From Vicugna vicugna (Eukaryota): DNA of 64,000 nucleotides. Under the pieces are notes generated by a model, which worked only from the letters and a program-made list of their open reading frames with translations, had not been told where the DNA came from and ran no database searches. How positions within the stretch are numbered: the stretch's first letter is position 1; each line of letters starts with the position of its first letter. The stretch covers positions 417,023-481,022 of the forward strand of contig MU058451.1 in NCBI GenBank assembly GCA_013265495.1. The letters run 5' to 3'. The translations under genes were made by a program, and so were the position numbers. Shown piece after piece: positions 1-13,179 of the stretch.

Positions 1-399
1 GGGCCTGGTGGGCCATAGTTGGCTGACTCCCCTCCCCCACATGGGCCTGGTATTCACTGTAAGGCTTGCTGTGGCTGCTGTGCGAGGTGACTGAGTGATG
101 GAGTGTATGTGGGTCATGCCCACAGGCTCCATTAGGACAATTCTAAAGGATGCACATAAAATAAAGATCTCAGCCAATAAACCCCTAGTACATTAATGTT
201 TGTGAGAATAGGTAGTAAGTGATGTCAGAAATGCATCTCCTGAGACCAGGCAACAGTGAGTCCCCTCCAATGGCAGTGATCAGTTAGCATTCCCATTTCC
301 CTTAGTGCGGGGATGGTATGTCTTGTTATCTCCACCTACATTCTAACCACATGCCTAAAAGTCTCACACCCTGGCCTCTCTGTACCTTGTAGTTTTCCC

Positions 400-760
400 C
401 TGGAAAGACGGCCCATCGCTATGTCAGCCTCTTGCCTGTGGCCATACTTCAGACTTTAAAGCTTAAACTGGCTTCCTCCCCACCTTATACCTCCGCTTTC
501 TTACTCCCTTTCCCCTCACCCCTCTTGCTGCCTCAAGTCCAACAATCCTTCCACTCCATTGGCGCTTATAATTATCTGCTTCTAATACCTGTCACTGTCC
601 TTCACCCAAATCCAGTCTTCACTTTCCTCCTTATCCAGCCTAAACTTCAAGGTCAGTCCTGATACTCTCTCCCTTGCTTAGGCCATCACGGTTTGGTTTT
701 CAGCAACTGGGTGGTGTCTTCAACTCAGACAGGAAACAACGGTAGAAAAAGATGTTGAGT
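400..760. mobile_element. Degenerate L2 LINE fragments
   Basis: Pyrimidine-rich L2-like text (cttcactttcctcc...tactctctcccttg) and ggtttggttttcagcaactgggtggtg...gatgttgagtt; recognised from memory of the L2 consensus. Confidence 0.4.
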
Positions 761-1589
761 TAAACCCCACACCCTTCCCCATAGCCTGGTGATGCCTTCA
801 GTGCTAAGGGGTTTGTGTGTCACTCTGGCCTTGAGCATTTCTCTGAGGACTGCCTACTCCCTGGCCTAAATCTGGGTCCACAGCTCATCTGCTCCTCCAA
901 GGCACAATCAGAGGAGGGAATGTGAATGGTGTCAGAGTTTCCAGGATTATCTGGGCCACTATCTCCATTTCTCTCAGCTCTTTCAGGTATGTTTTTCATG
1001 AAAGAAATCTAGGCAGAGAAAAAAAGTGGATACCAGGTACACAGCAAAAGCTCTTCTCTGTCTGTAGTTGGATAATTTGGGCTTTCTGGGCTGAGAAAAG
1101 AGATGACCTAATACTTCCTACTGGGAAATAACAGGTTTGGGAAATAGACAAGTGATTCTCATCTACCGCAACTGATAAGGTGAACCAAGATGCTCTTAAA
1201 AATACTCAACGTACGTCAGAGCGAGCCAAAGGTATAAATCATATAACACAATTTTGATGACCAATAAAAGCATTCTTATTAAAGGAAACTAATCTTAGAA
1301 AAAAATTAATGGCTTTTAAACATAACTGTTAAGATTAATAGAGAAAGAAAAGGTATTATACTTTTATGTTTGATGTCTATGAAGCATTCAGATAGTTACA
1401 TGAAATTGTACTGGATAAATCAATTCAAATTGATTTAGTTTTGGGTACTTGTGAATAAACTAAGAACTGGCTAAAAGACCAGCAGATTATGTGGTCTTGC
1501 TTCGAGATAATGATACGCATTGTGAACTCCAATATGGGGCATGCTGTCAACCAGAAAGCTTTAGTGTGTGGTTCTTTTATCTACGGTTA

Positions 1590-1725
1590 TTATTTGATAC
1601 AAGTTCCTGGAGGGCAGGGTCCATGACTGTGAATCAATTTGTCTTTTTATTTCTTGTGCCTAGTCCTGTGCCTGACATATGGTTAGCTGCATAAACACAC
1701 CTGGAGTGAATGATGAATGAATGTG
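1590..1725 (+). mobile_element. L2 3' end
   Basis: aagttcctggagggcaggg...tgtgcctagtcctgtgcctgacatatggttag...tgaatgatgaatgaatg; typical L2 terminus with (TGAA)n tail. Confidence 0.7.
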
Positions 1726-4280
1726 ATCATGAAGGTGAGACACTGCAAAATCTTGAATTGGCTTTTAAACCATTAAAGAAAGCCTAAATTATATTCAGTG
1801 TGCCTTATTTTCTAATTCTTTGGCCATTGTTAATCTGTTATCATGTCTAATGGTAAATTCTCAATTAAATATGATACTCTTATTTTCTCACCCAGCTGAA
1901 AATTAAAGTTTATTGACATACCATTAGATGGCAGATCCAGTGTTAATATTTCTATAGGTGGCCTTAAGGTACTAAATATCTTTAGTTTTCAGTGGAAAAA
2001 ATCAAGAGCATTTCATTAAAACAGAGAAACTAATAAAATTAGGAACTGATGAAAATTAAACTGAGACATATGAATCTTGAAATATATAACTTTTACTTTA
2101 AAAAGGAAGATTAAAAATATTATCAAATATAGAACTATATCTGAGTGTAAGCAGAGATATGTTCACATGAACACTTTATTAAAACTGAGTATATAAAGTA
2201 CCATATCTTCTTTTTATCTGTTAATCTTACATTTCTGTTTAAAAGCAGTTAATCTTTTCTCAGACTAATTCTCTCTTAGTATGAGTACTTATATTGTTCA
2301 GCAAAATAGTGCCATGCTGGTTATGCATTCTAGTACTAAAAGCCGAGAAAATAGCTCGATAACATACTCCTTGAATGTTCAAAAAACCTTTGCAAACTCT
2401 CTTAACGTTCTGAGTTGAGTAGTTATTTCCCACTGTTTGTACAAACAGGTGCACCCTTTGCCAGCCCTGGGCCCCTGTTCTATTTCCCTCAATTTACTGC
2501 AGCAAACTATTTATCCTGGAAGTAGGCAATAGGAGGAAGGTGCCCAAGAGCAGCCCTGTGAACCCAAATTTCATGACCTGCGTGTGAAATATCCTACCAA
2601 ACCACTAGTCTACATTCATTCTACAGGAAGTCAAACCAGGCAGGGTGCACCTGGATACCGTGGCTTCTCCAGCTTGCTAAGTTGGATACTTCTGGTCAGG
2701 TATAGAAAAATATCACAAACATATGTCACAGGAACCAGTTTACATAAACCTGCCCACACTAAGGCTATTTCAGTGAAAATGGAGAAAGTCTAAGATCGTC
2801 AGTATTTCAATAAAATATACTTTACTATCTGATTACAAAATGACATAAAAATATGGCAAAAGTAGCAAGAAAACTAACAGAATTCTCATGTAGACATAAG
2901 TATCATAAGACTATGATGCTTCCCTCCTCAAAGAGTATGATATTTTTCCTGAAAATTTTCTTAAAAATGCCTTTGCTGTTGTATGTGTAAAAATTTTTTT
3001 TAAAGGAAAACATTACAATGTATCTGGAAATCTTTAATTTCCAGCTGTTCCACTGTCAGTGATGATGGGAGACAGGAACTTGGTTTAGCAGTTTGCCTGA
3101 AGCAAGCAGCAGAGCACCTGTTCTGTAGGGCAGATCGCTCAGGAAGCAGTGTGCCCTCTGCGTGGAATCCACCCCATGCCACGTGGAACTAATTTGCTTC
3201 AAAAAAAAAGAAAAAGTCTAGAATAAAATATACCACTCTCAGTTACTTTCTTGTGGGACACTATGTGTTTTGCACGATTTTCAGTCTAAAATTAGAAGGA
3301 TGAAGAGTTCTTGTGGCTAATGTCGATCTTTAATCATCTTGGATTCTCTGCATTTCAGGCCTTAGCAATTTCAAATTTCCAATGGGCACTTTTACTGCTT
3401 TCTGCCAAAGCAGGTTCGACTGGGTCAGGCTAAGTACAAGGCACACCCATTTACCGTCAGGAATTACAAACGCACAATTTTAAGATGTTTTGTTGCAATG
3501 TTGTAACAGGCTCAGTTATATTTGAAACCTGATTAAAATGATGTATCTGGCGACTGGGACGTGAGGCTGAGCAGCAGCCTCTCGAATTGCTCATACTAAA
3601 TGCTGTTTCTCTGCTGGTGCACATGATTGTCCTAGCAGTGACAAGCCTTTCAATTAAACAGAGCTACTTCAGTGTGCCCCTGTAAGAAGGGAGGAGTGCT
3701 GTAAATATGTTACAATTCCACTTAAATTATGCATCTCTCTTTCAACTTCCTTTTCTCCCTCTGTTTCATCTTTTCTTTCTTCCTTTTTTATTTTCAAATT
3801 TATGCTCCTTTCAAGACTAAAGTCGTTTGCTATACAAGAAGTACAGAGTAGTGATAGCTGTAAACTCACCCTTAATCTTGTTTGACATTTCACTCTCTTC
3901 TCATACAGAGACTCACATTTATTAAAAAGGAATAATAGGAAATATGAAACAATTACAATTCATCTCAAGTGGAGAGTAAAAACAATAACAAATCTGAAGC
4001 TTTAAATTTTAATCATCAATCGAAGAACAAAAAGATTAAAGACTGAGAACACAAAAATAGCAGCAAAAGATGATTTGTAATTTCAGGACAATGTCAATTT
4101 TAGTACATTTAAAATTTTTCTGGCCAAAAGGCCTTTGCTTTTGCATTTTAAAATTTACACAAATAAAATGAGGTAAAAAGGAAAACCTTTTACTCCCTTG
4201 AGGGAAATGGTATAAAATTACAGTTACTTGATAATTGCTTTTAACTTTAAATAATTGCCTTTACTTTTACAACAGAACTA

Positions 4281-4522
4281 TTTTTTTATAGCTTTATTAA
4301 GGGATATTGGCATACAAGAAAACACAAGTGATTATGGCGTACAATTTGACAATCTGTGATCTGTATATCCTTGAAACCACCACCTTGGTGAAGACAAGTG
4401 AACATACCCACCACCTCCAAGAGTTTCCTTGTGTCCCTTGATAATTCCTCCCTCAGCTCCCTCCTAAATACCCTCTTCCTCAGGGCAACCACTGAAGTGT
4501 TTGCTGTCACTGTAGGTTAGCT
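4281..4522 (-). mobile_element. Old L1M 3' end fragment
   Basis: T-run, then agctttattaagggatattggcatacaag...cctcagggcaaccactgaagtgtttgctgtcactgtaggttag; reverse complement of an L1MB/MC-type 3' UTR. Confidence 0.75.
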
Positions 4523-4529
4523 CAGCACT

Positions 4530-4680
4530 GAGTCATCGCTCCTCAGCATCCACCAGTGATTTGTTCCAGGACCCCTGTGGGTTTTCCCTTATTTAAAATG
4601 GTGTAGGACCGTCAGCCCCCGGTATCCCCGGATTCTCCATCATCAGGTTCTACATCTGCAGATACCGAGGGCTGACTGTA
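4530..4680. mobile_element. Tigger-family (Tc-mariner) MITE, MER2/MER8-like
   Basis: Left end gagtcatcgctcctcagcatcc...gatttgttccaggacccc; right end gataccgagggctgactg followed by TA; imperfect terminal inverted repeats. Confidence 0.7.
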
Positions 4681-5823
4681 CTTTTAATTAGCTATAACAA
4701 CTAAAATCGTCATTTCCACTCAATTAAAAAAAAATTTGTTTTGTTTCCTAACTGGAAGAAAAAGTAATAATGCTGGAGTGAGGTGCATGATACAAAGGTC
4801 ATTAGAAAGCACCCTTAATTGAGTGATGATTTTGCATATTATTTTTTACTCCACAGCCTAACGCTAATTGGATTAAAGAGTAAAGAATCCAGGAAATGAA
4901 GTAAAAGAGGAGGAGTGTTGATTTTAATAAATAGGGTTTTTCTTTCCTGTCTCATCTGTCACCTTATTTCTAATTAATAAGTGGATTTTTTTCCCTTCTT
5001 TTTTAATTAATAAATGGATTTTAAAAACCTGGCCAAAAATGGAGATCTCTTCTGACAATTGTTTCAAATAAACAGTATGTTTAAAAAAAAAAATCAGCTG
5101 TATGTTGGATCCATGTCAATAATAAAATAAAGTGAACTGTGCAAATAACATTAAAACACCACCTAAGTGCTCTCTTACGAAAGTACAAGTTTATCCTAAC
5201 CCATTATTACAACATGCACATGTAAAAATTATGTTTGCATATAAGTAAATATTGGCTGAGGGTGCTAAAAACTGTAGCAGTTCAATTCTGATGGTTTGTA
5301 GACGTACCTGTACATTTTGCATTTTGTTTTTAATTAAATAAATATTTTTGTAATGAATGTATAATCAATACTTTGTTTCTATCCCTTCCCAATTTACATT
5401 ATTCTGGTGAAGTTGAAGATATGCTTCTGCATTTTGAGTGTTTTTGTAAGATGTGATCTCTCAAGTAAACCCAATACTTCGTTTTATAAACCGCACATTT
5501 TTCATCCTCCTGACATCACCAAATGAAAATGCTGTACATTGGAACATAAAAGAGAGACCCAACTTAGTTGGAATGATAATGTATGTAGCACTAATGCCGT
5601 TTATCGATCATCATGAAGGGGTTGCTTTTTGCTTACTGCAGCTCTTCTACGGTAGAGCAAGAAGCAGAAATACAGTGTTTGTGAAAAGTGGTTGCACTAA
5701 AATGCTGTCATGGAGTGAATGCCTCTACCATACTCTCACAAAGCGAATTAATTAGTTTTTCACAGAATGAACTGTTAGTTATTTGGGCTATGTGTATTTC
5801 AACTCTTGAAAATGCAGACAATG

Positions 5824-6008
5824 TTAATAGTAATAAATCTATGTAGACCTCATGGCCTAATGTATATATTTATGCACCAACTTGTATGTGAATTTTAATT
5901 AAAATATGTCCCAAATAGTTTATTAATTCCAATCACTTTTTACATAGTTTTGAGAGATTGCAGAGACCAACCTAATTTACTAAAATATTTTAATTCATGG
6001 ATAAGTCC
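5824..6008 (+). repeat. Copy 1 of an old local direct duplication
   Basis: tatgtcccaaatagtttatt...tttacatagttttgagagattgcagagaccaacctaatttactaaaatattttaattcat aligns by eye with 6472-6640. Confidence 0.8.
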
Positions 6009-6471
6009 TGTATTGTTACTGCATTTATACTACTTGCTCATACAGATAACTGAAAGAACACAGCCAAGTCCAATTTCATCACTAGTTTCGAATTTGCTAA
6101 CCATTTCCCTGACATTTGAGACCAAGGTAGACAGTTTCGATTTATAAATTAAATATTTCTGTGAATCTGGTACAATGGGAAGTACAGGACTTTGAGTGAA
6201 AAAAAAAAAAACAACAAAAACAACAGAGTAGATATGATGTCTTTCTCTACAGGATTTCAGAAGATAAGATTTTCATTTCAGATAGGCACTAGGCCAAGCA
6301 AAGTCCACACCTTCAAATTTTGGAAACCCTGGGATTAAGTCACAAAAACAGGAGAAATGCTGGACTCTCAACAATTAAAATTATAACGTACCTTCTTTTT
6401 AATGACAATTTCAGATTTATATGTTTTTATACCCCTGGTAATGAATTTAGATTTGGCCAACATGCTTCAAA

Positions 6472-6640
6472 TTAATAGGTAACTATGATTCAATGTACTT
6501 TTTTTTTCCTCTGAAATTAAATTCTGTATGTTCCAAATAGTATATTCGTTCTAGCCACTGTTTACATAGTTTTGAATAAGATAGTAGTGACCAATCTAAT
6601 TTACTGAAATATTTTTATTCATATATTTTGGGTAAAGTCC
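6472..6640 (+). repeat. Copy 2 of an old local direct duplication
   Basis: tatgttccaaatagtatatt...tttacatagttttgaataagatagtagtgaccaatctaatttactgaaatatttttattcat. Confidence 0.8.
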
Positions 6641-7019
6641 CAGATTTTTAACAAAAACCAGTTTATTTTCATCAATTTCCTTGAGAGATTTGTGTGTTGC
6701 TTGGGAATTCTGCTGTTCCTCTATTGATTAGAAGCTATAATTCCATTAAGTAAACTGAGAAAGCACATCACAAACTGATGTTAGCCATAGGTATTTTCTT
6801 ACATATCTGTTTTTTGAAAAAGCTGAACGGGATATCTATATTTTACTTGGTAATATCTCAATTTCCTCAATAAGTAAGTCAGTAAATTGAATTTATAGTT
6901 TATTTTGCCTTTCCTCCCATCAAATTATATGGATAAGAAATAATGTGGTCTCATAACGTAATTCTATTTCCAAGAGAAAGAACATGCAAGTCTATAAAAT
7001 AATAGTCAATAGTATTTTG

Positions 7020-7800
7020 TCAAAATATATTTATTGAGCACATACAGTATGCAGGGCACTGTAGGGGTGATAGAAACATTTTGTCTCATGCCCTTGTGTT
7101 CAAAAAGAACATCTTTAAAGAGAGAGATATGGATAGAATTTAGGTATGGATGCATGTTTAGGCAGGTCAAATAAAGACCATGTTTTCTGATCTATGTATC
7201 AAAAGTAGCTTTGGTGGAGCCACACATGTCAATAGAGGGCCTCTGGATTTAGACATTTTCAAAGTAATCATGTTAAAAATAAGCTACAAGCCTTAAAAAC
7301 TTAAGATTTGAGTGGTGATGGGATGAGGGGTCCGATATGGACAGGCAGGTGGTGGTCAGATCATAGGTGGTCTACATTCTTTAAGCAATAATTCAGTTAT
7401 TTAAGAGTTTCAAAGAAGAGAGCAATTTTCCAGGCATAGACAGTAAGAATCTGAATTTAGAAACAGTGCTTTGACTAGAGAGGAGAGTCTGAGGTGGTAA
7501 GGGAGCATAATTGTCAAAAGGCTTGATCACTGACTGAACGTGACTGGTGATCAAAGGTCTCCAGGTTTCTGGCTTGGGCGATGGGATGGATGAAGTAACC
7601 ATCCCTCAAAGAGAGGGGCTAGGGAGAGAAGCACACATGGAAGAGAAGATTATCCCTTTTGGATATGTTGAGTTTGAAGTAATTTGGGGGACTTTTTAGA
7701 TAAAAGTTCCACCAGGCAGTCAGGTCCTTTGGAACTTCAGGTGAGGATTAAAGATTACAGATTCAATGAAATAATGAGACTCATTAGCGTATATGGACAT
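7020..7800 (-). mobile_element. L2 fragments
   Basis: tatttattgagcacatacagtatgcagggcactg (7029) and ctccaggtttctggcttgggcgatgggatggatg...ttttggatatgttgagtttgaagt (7559-7680). Confidence 0.7.
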
Positions 7801-8098
7801 GTGTTCAGGGGTACTGCATGGTACATACATATAACAGTTATATTTTTTATGAGTTAAGTTGTTTCTAATTGATATTATTCCTCTTCTGCTACAAAGATGT
7901 AGAGAGGGTTGGCCAGAATCAAACATTCATAGGAAAAATGTAAGTTCATTAAGTCACCCAGATAGCTTGAAATAGTATAATTTTGCAACTGTGAAGACAA
8001 AACATCTGGGTGATCAGATGAATTTTTCGTTTTCCACCTAATTGTTTTAAAGTTAGATACTCCTTCAGTAGTCTGCTGTCACCATGGTAACTTTATAC

Positions 8099-8158
8099 TA
8101 TGTGTGTGTGTATATATGTACTACGTATGTGTGTGTGTATATATATACACACACACAC
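8099..8158. repeat. Compound (TG)n/(TA)n/(CA)n microsatellite
   Basis: Read directly from sequence. Confidence 0.9.
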
Positions 8159-9199
8159 TTTGCTTTTGCTACATAGGGATTATCTGAAAGCCATTTTGGA
8201 TTTAAAAATCACAATTACAATTCTACTTTCTATTTGTTCAGAGAATTTCACTCCATTGTTGTGTTGTTACCAGAATTTCTGAGTTTTCCTCACTATTTTT
8301 TAATTCCAGAATTTTTGTTAAGAATAATCTGTAATTCAAAACTCTTCTTTCTTCTAGGATTTTTTTCTGCCCACTGTATTTTCCTAAAGTATTCATTTTA
8401 TTCTTTCTTCTTCCTCTCTTTTATTTAATCATTAAATTATCTTATTTTATTTGGCTTTATACTGAAATAACCCAATATATTACACTGACCTCACCAAAGC
8501 TAGACATATGTACAGCATTTACTTAATTGAACCTTTCTGGCTTGTCTTGTTCTATATTTAAGCCTCCATTATGCAATGCTATTTACTTGATTTATTGGAT
8601 TTGGCTCACATGTTTTATAAATTGTGACTGTTGGGAAAATTTTAAAGAGATTGACTTGGCCTGAGTGGGGAGTTTTATATTGAGGACTCATTGCCATTGA
8701 AGTTACATTTGTTTAAAAAAATATCCATTTTAAGAAAGACCTTGATCTAGGAGTATATAACACAGGCTACCAAAAGCTAGGACGAAAGATTTCTCCCAGT
8801 TTTTTTTTCCCCAATATTAGAATTTGTTTAAAATCTCTACTTAAGATTAAGTCTATGTGATACCAAACACCAGGGTGAGGGGTTAGAAATTCAGTCACTG
8901 AGATGTTTCAGAATATCTGAATAGAAGGCATTCTGTGGGCCCTACATTTAAATGGTTTTCTGTGTTGCCCTCTTTCCATCCAGAAATGTGGGCTTCTGCC
9001 GAAGTCCTTTTCTAAGGCTACGTTTATGTAAAATAGGTAGCGTAATTGTTACCTCGTTAACAAAGTTTAACGAGCATTTCTTGTTAAATAACTTAATATC
9101 CTCTGATGAAAGAGACTAATTCAACATAAAACACTGCTTTTGCTTTTACCTGTGGTTTGAATGATTAATTTTGAACGGCTTTTGCTATACTTAGTAGTG

Positions 9200-9730
9200 T
9201 ATGGGATGTCACTATGTGCCAAGAACTGTGCTAAGTGCTAGGGAGTCAAAACTAAATTAAACACAGTCCTTGCCCTTAAGAAGCTCACAGACACATGATG
9301 AGGTAATGGTGACATTAACAAGGTGTAATGGTGACATTATCAAGGTGCAGTGGTGATGTTCAAGAAGGACAGTGGACACCAGTGGAGAAGGGGGTCAGGG
9401 AAAACTTTGGGAAGAGGTGATGCTCCAACTGAGCCTCATAAGAGATTTGGATCTATTCCATCAGCCAGATGGGGAAGGCATTCTGGGAGAGGAAACAGCA
9501 CAAATGGAGATGTGATGCCTCATCACTCATTCAGTCATGCAACAAATATTTCCTGAGCAAGTTCTATGTGCTGTGAATAGAAGACACAGCTTTGTGTCAA
9601 GAAGTGCACTGTCTGGAGGGGATGTAAGACTTAATAAGCAGATGTCAACACAGTACCATAAATATAATAATGGAGGGACTCACAGTGTGAACTGGAGCTC
9701 AGGGGAGGGACTGCCCATCCAGATTCCTCA
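9200..9730 (-). mobile_element. Two L2 3'-end fragments, containing a 22-bp tandem triplication at 9303-9364
   Basis: actatgtgccaagaactgtgctaagtgctaggg...cagtccttgcccttaagaagctcacag and cactcattcagtcatgcaacaaatatttcctgagca. Confidence 0.7.
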
Positions 9731-10019
9731 TCCAGCTTGACTGAAACTATCACTCCACTTGGAGATTCCTGCTGCCCTTCTCCGAGATACAGCCTCCTCG
9801 ATCCAGCCTGAGTTGACTCCATTCAGTCTGACACTGTAATTTGGTTTTCAGTGTTACCTTTCAGAGTGCCTGCCCTGCACTGTTACTCCCCAGCCCTGAG
9901 TCCACCTCTCCCAGTTGCCCCTGAGGTCTCAGTATGCTTTGTGGTCAGGACTTCAGAATTAAGACGTGAAAAGAGAGTCAAAAGACTCAAAGGCCTAGAG
10001 GAGCCACTGAGAGACTGAC

Positions 10020-10168
10020 TGGTCGTGTAGCCTCTGTTGTCTCCAAATCAGCAGCACCATCTTATCCGGAAGCTTGTTAGAAATGCAACATCGCAGACCC
10101 CTTCTCACACCCAGTTTTAATGGGATCCCCAGGGGATTAATGTTCCCATTAAAGCTGAGACCCCCTGG
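10020..10168. mobile_element. MER5A-like hAT-Charlie MITE, degenerate
   Basis: tcagcagcacc...gcttgttagaaatgca...ttttaatgggatccccaggggatt...cattaaagctgagaccccctg. Confidence 0.65.
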
Positions 10169-10402
10169 TCCAGCTCACACATTCAGGGACAGTTCTATAT
10201 AAGTCAATCTAAATGGATGGAAGTCTATTCTTAGGGCTGAAGAGAACATTTACCAATTTTCTTAGGCACAGTAGTCCTCACTTGGATGTATATGTACATA
10301 AATCCCTCAAGCAACATATCTGAAACCTTACTTTCACTTTTGTTCTAAATTCAGTGGAGATGAAAATGGACAGTCATCATTCTGCATATTAACTGTCCAT
10401 AT

Positions 10403-10458
10403 NNNNNNNNNNNNNNNNNNNNNNNNNNNNNNNNNNNNNNNNNNNNNNNNNNNNNNNN
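10403..10458. other. Assembly gap (56 N) covering the 3' tail of the adjacent L1
   Basis: Run of N in sequence. Confidence 1.
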
Positions 10459-11039
10459 GCTACCACAAGATCTTGTATATATTTCCCTGTGCTATACAGT
10501 ATAAACTTGTTTATCTATTCTACATATACCTGTCAGTATCTACAAATTTCAAACTCCCAGTCTGTCCCTTCCCATCCCCCTCCCTTCGGCAACCACAAGT
10601 TTGTATTCTATGTCTGTGAGTCTGTTTCTGTTTTATATTTAAGTTAATTTGTCTTTTTGTTTTTAAATTCCATCTATGAGTGATATCACATGGTATTTTT
10701 CTTTCTCTTTCTGGCTTACTTCACTTAGAATGACATTCTCCAGGGACATCCATGTTGCTGTAAATGGCATTATGTTGTCGTTTTTATGGCTGAATAGTAT
10801 TCCATTGCATAAATATACCACAACTTCTTTATCCAGTCATCTGTTGATGGACATTTAGGCTGTTTCCATGACTTGGCTATTGTAAATAGTGTGGCTATGA
10901 ACATTGGGGTGCTGGTGTCTTTTTGAATTAGGGTTCCTTCTGGATATATGCCCAGGATTGGGATTCCTGGGTCATACAGTAAGTCTATTCTTAGTCTTTT
11001 GAGGAATCTCCATATTGTTTTCCACAGTGGCTGGACCAA
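10459..11039 (-). mobile_element. Lineage-specific L1, 5'-truncated: ORF2 C-terminus plus 3' UTR
   Basis: ORF 10770..11039(-) VQPLWKTIWRFLKRL...PMFIATLFTIAKSWKQPKCPSTDDWIKKLWYIYAMEYYSAIK is the L1 ORF2p C-terminal region. Confidence 0.95.
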
Positions 11040-11759
11040 CCATTCATATATTTTTTAAGTGACTTCCTTAGCTCAAAATTAATTTGAAAAAGCCTTCCTT
11101 TGCACAACAAGGGAAATTTCTTAGGAAATTTTGCTAACTTAAACAGCACGTGCCTAATTGTGAAATGCAGGGTCAAATTTTTCCTCTGAGCAGTATTTAT
11201 TTTCTTGTAATGCTATTTTGTCAACAGTTACTTCTGTTTTGCATAAAGTGTCCTAGAATGTTGCAGTCCTCACATTCTAAGGATTTTTTTCTTTCCCCTG
11301 AAGTCTTTGGCAATCACTATAACCAGTCACTTCTGCTGGAGAATGATTCCGTCTTGCCCTGTGGTAGGGAATGGCTTGCCTTATACCTCTTCTGGGCCAC
11401 CACAATGCCTAGCATAGTGCTACCAAGATGGTAAGATGATTAGAGATAGGATTCCAATAACCCACATTTTATAATCTTAGTGCCTGCCCTCAATTAAAGT
11501 AGTGGTATTAACTTAAGTTAGGGCATGTATGGATGGGCACCCATATGTGGTACATTTCCAAAAAAAAGCTTGAAAATTCTTTTTACTAGCAAAAACATAG
11601 TAAATGTAAAATTTTTAGGCTTTCTTCAAAGACAGGAGTGTATTACAATAGTAGGCATAATACATTCCTCTCTTTATTCTGTAACTTAAAGGAATCATAA
11701 TCTTTAGACAGCAGTGATTCTCTGCATATTTGTACACATTTTTGTAACTTCTTCAAGGA

Positions 11760-12782
11760 CATGAACACTCTGCCTCAGGCAACCTGCCCTGTTCATAGCT
11801 CCTTGGATCTGTCTTACACAGGCCCATTCTGTACCTTGGGTTTACAGATCCTTTGCCTGGAGGGCCTTACCCTGTCCTCTCCATCTGTGTATGTCCTTCT
11901 TTCAAGATTCAGTTCAAGTCTGAACATCTCCAATAAATTCCTGTTCAATTAACTGAACTCTTAGTAATTCATCTCTCTTCTGATTTTCATACCTTTCTAT
12001 TAATTTAGCCCTTAGTCTATGTTGTTATTGTTCAGTGAAATTGATACTTCTTCAGGGCACTGCCCCGTATGGTGGAAAGGATGATTAGGGAAATCTACCT
12101 TAAGGATCCTGGAAGCTCTTTATTTCCCACCAAAGAGTTTTTCTTTCGTGGACAAGATTAAATTTCTTAAAACTACAGTTCTCAAATTCTGATTTATCCT
12201 CTTTAACATAATCTTCACGGTGCTGTATTAATTACTCTAAAGCAAAGTTTTGATCATATTAGCCTCATATTCAAAAGGCTCCCTTAGCTTTTAATAACCA
12301 AAACTCCAAAGGCCAACGGCAGGCCTGGCACTGAAGGCCATTGCATCTGATCAAAGGTAATTTCTGGGGTCACCATTCACTAATGCCCCATAGAAACTCC
12401 AGTTCCAGTTGATAGACTCTTTCTCCTGCTTCCTACACTTGAAATGGAGCTATTTTTGCCTTTGCTTTTCCCTTTGCCAGAGATGCTTTTTCCCTAACCT
12501 GCCATGCAAATCCTTGTCACCTCAAGATCCAGCTCAAGTCTGGATCTCTCGGAAGCCCACCCCCTACAAGGCCTTATTGTGCTACTTATTCAGTGTCCAG
12601 GGTGTAACTAAACTGTGAGTTCCTGCAAGGCAGAGTCAATCTTTTATGTTCCTTCACTGGACTTTGAGCCCCTTGAGGACAGGGCCAGCTTTCTAGTCAT
12701 CAATGAATTTCCAGTACTTGGTGCCATTCCTGGTCAACAGTAGGTGCTTAAAATAAATGTTTTAAATGAATGAGTAAATGGA
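11760..12782 (+). mobile_element. L2 fragments
   Basis: ccttctttcaagattcagttcaag; gactttgagccccttgaggacaggg...cagtaggtgcttaaaataaatgttttaaatgaatgagt. Confidence 0.6.
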
Positions 12783-13179
12783 CTCCTCTACAGGAATACG
12801 AGGCTCAACATGTGTCCTTCTCTGAGTAGCCTCACACTGAAAGCAGGAGAAAATGTTACAAAAGTGCACCCTACAGCCTGAGAGCGGGGGTAGGGGTCTT
12901 TGTTGTCAGGCAGCCAACCCTGGCTGGGGGAGGTCTTTATACAATGGGTCATGTTTAGCAACATCATAGGGTGTTGAGCAACTGCTCCAATATGCCGTTC
13001 TCGCGGGGTAGCTTTGCTCTGTTCTTCTTTCTATTTGACAGTGTCTGGCATAGTGTTAACACTTAGTGCATGCTTAATAAATATTTGAATTAAGGGTAAA
13101 TATTGAATTATTAGCAAATGGTCAAGCACGTTGCTCTTGAGATGTGAGCACTGTATTTTTATTGCTAAAAAATAACATG

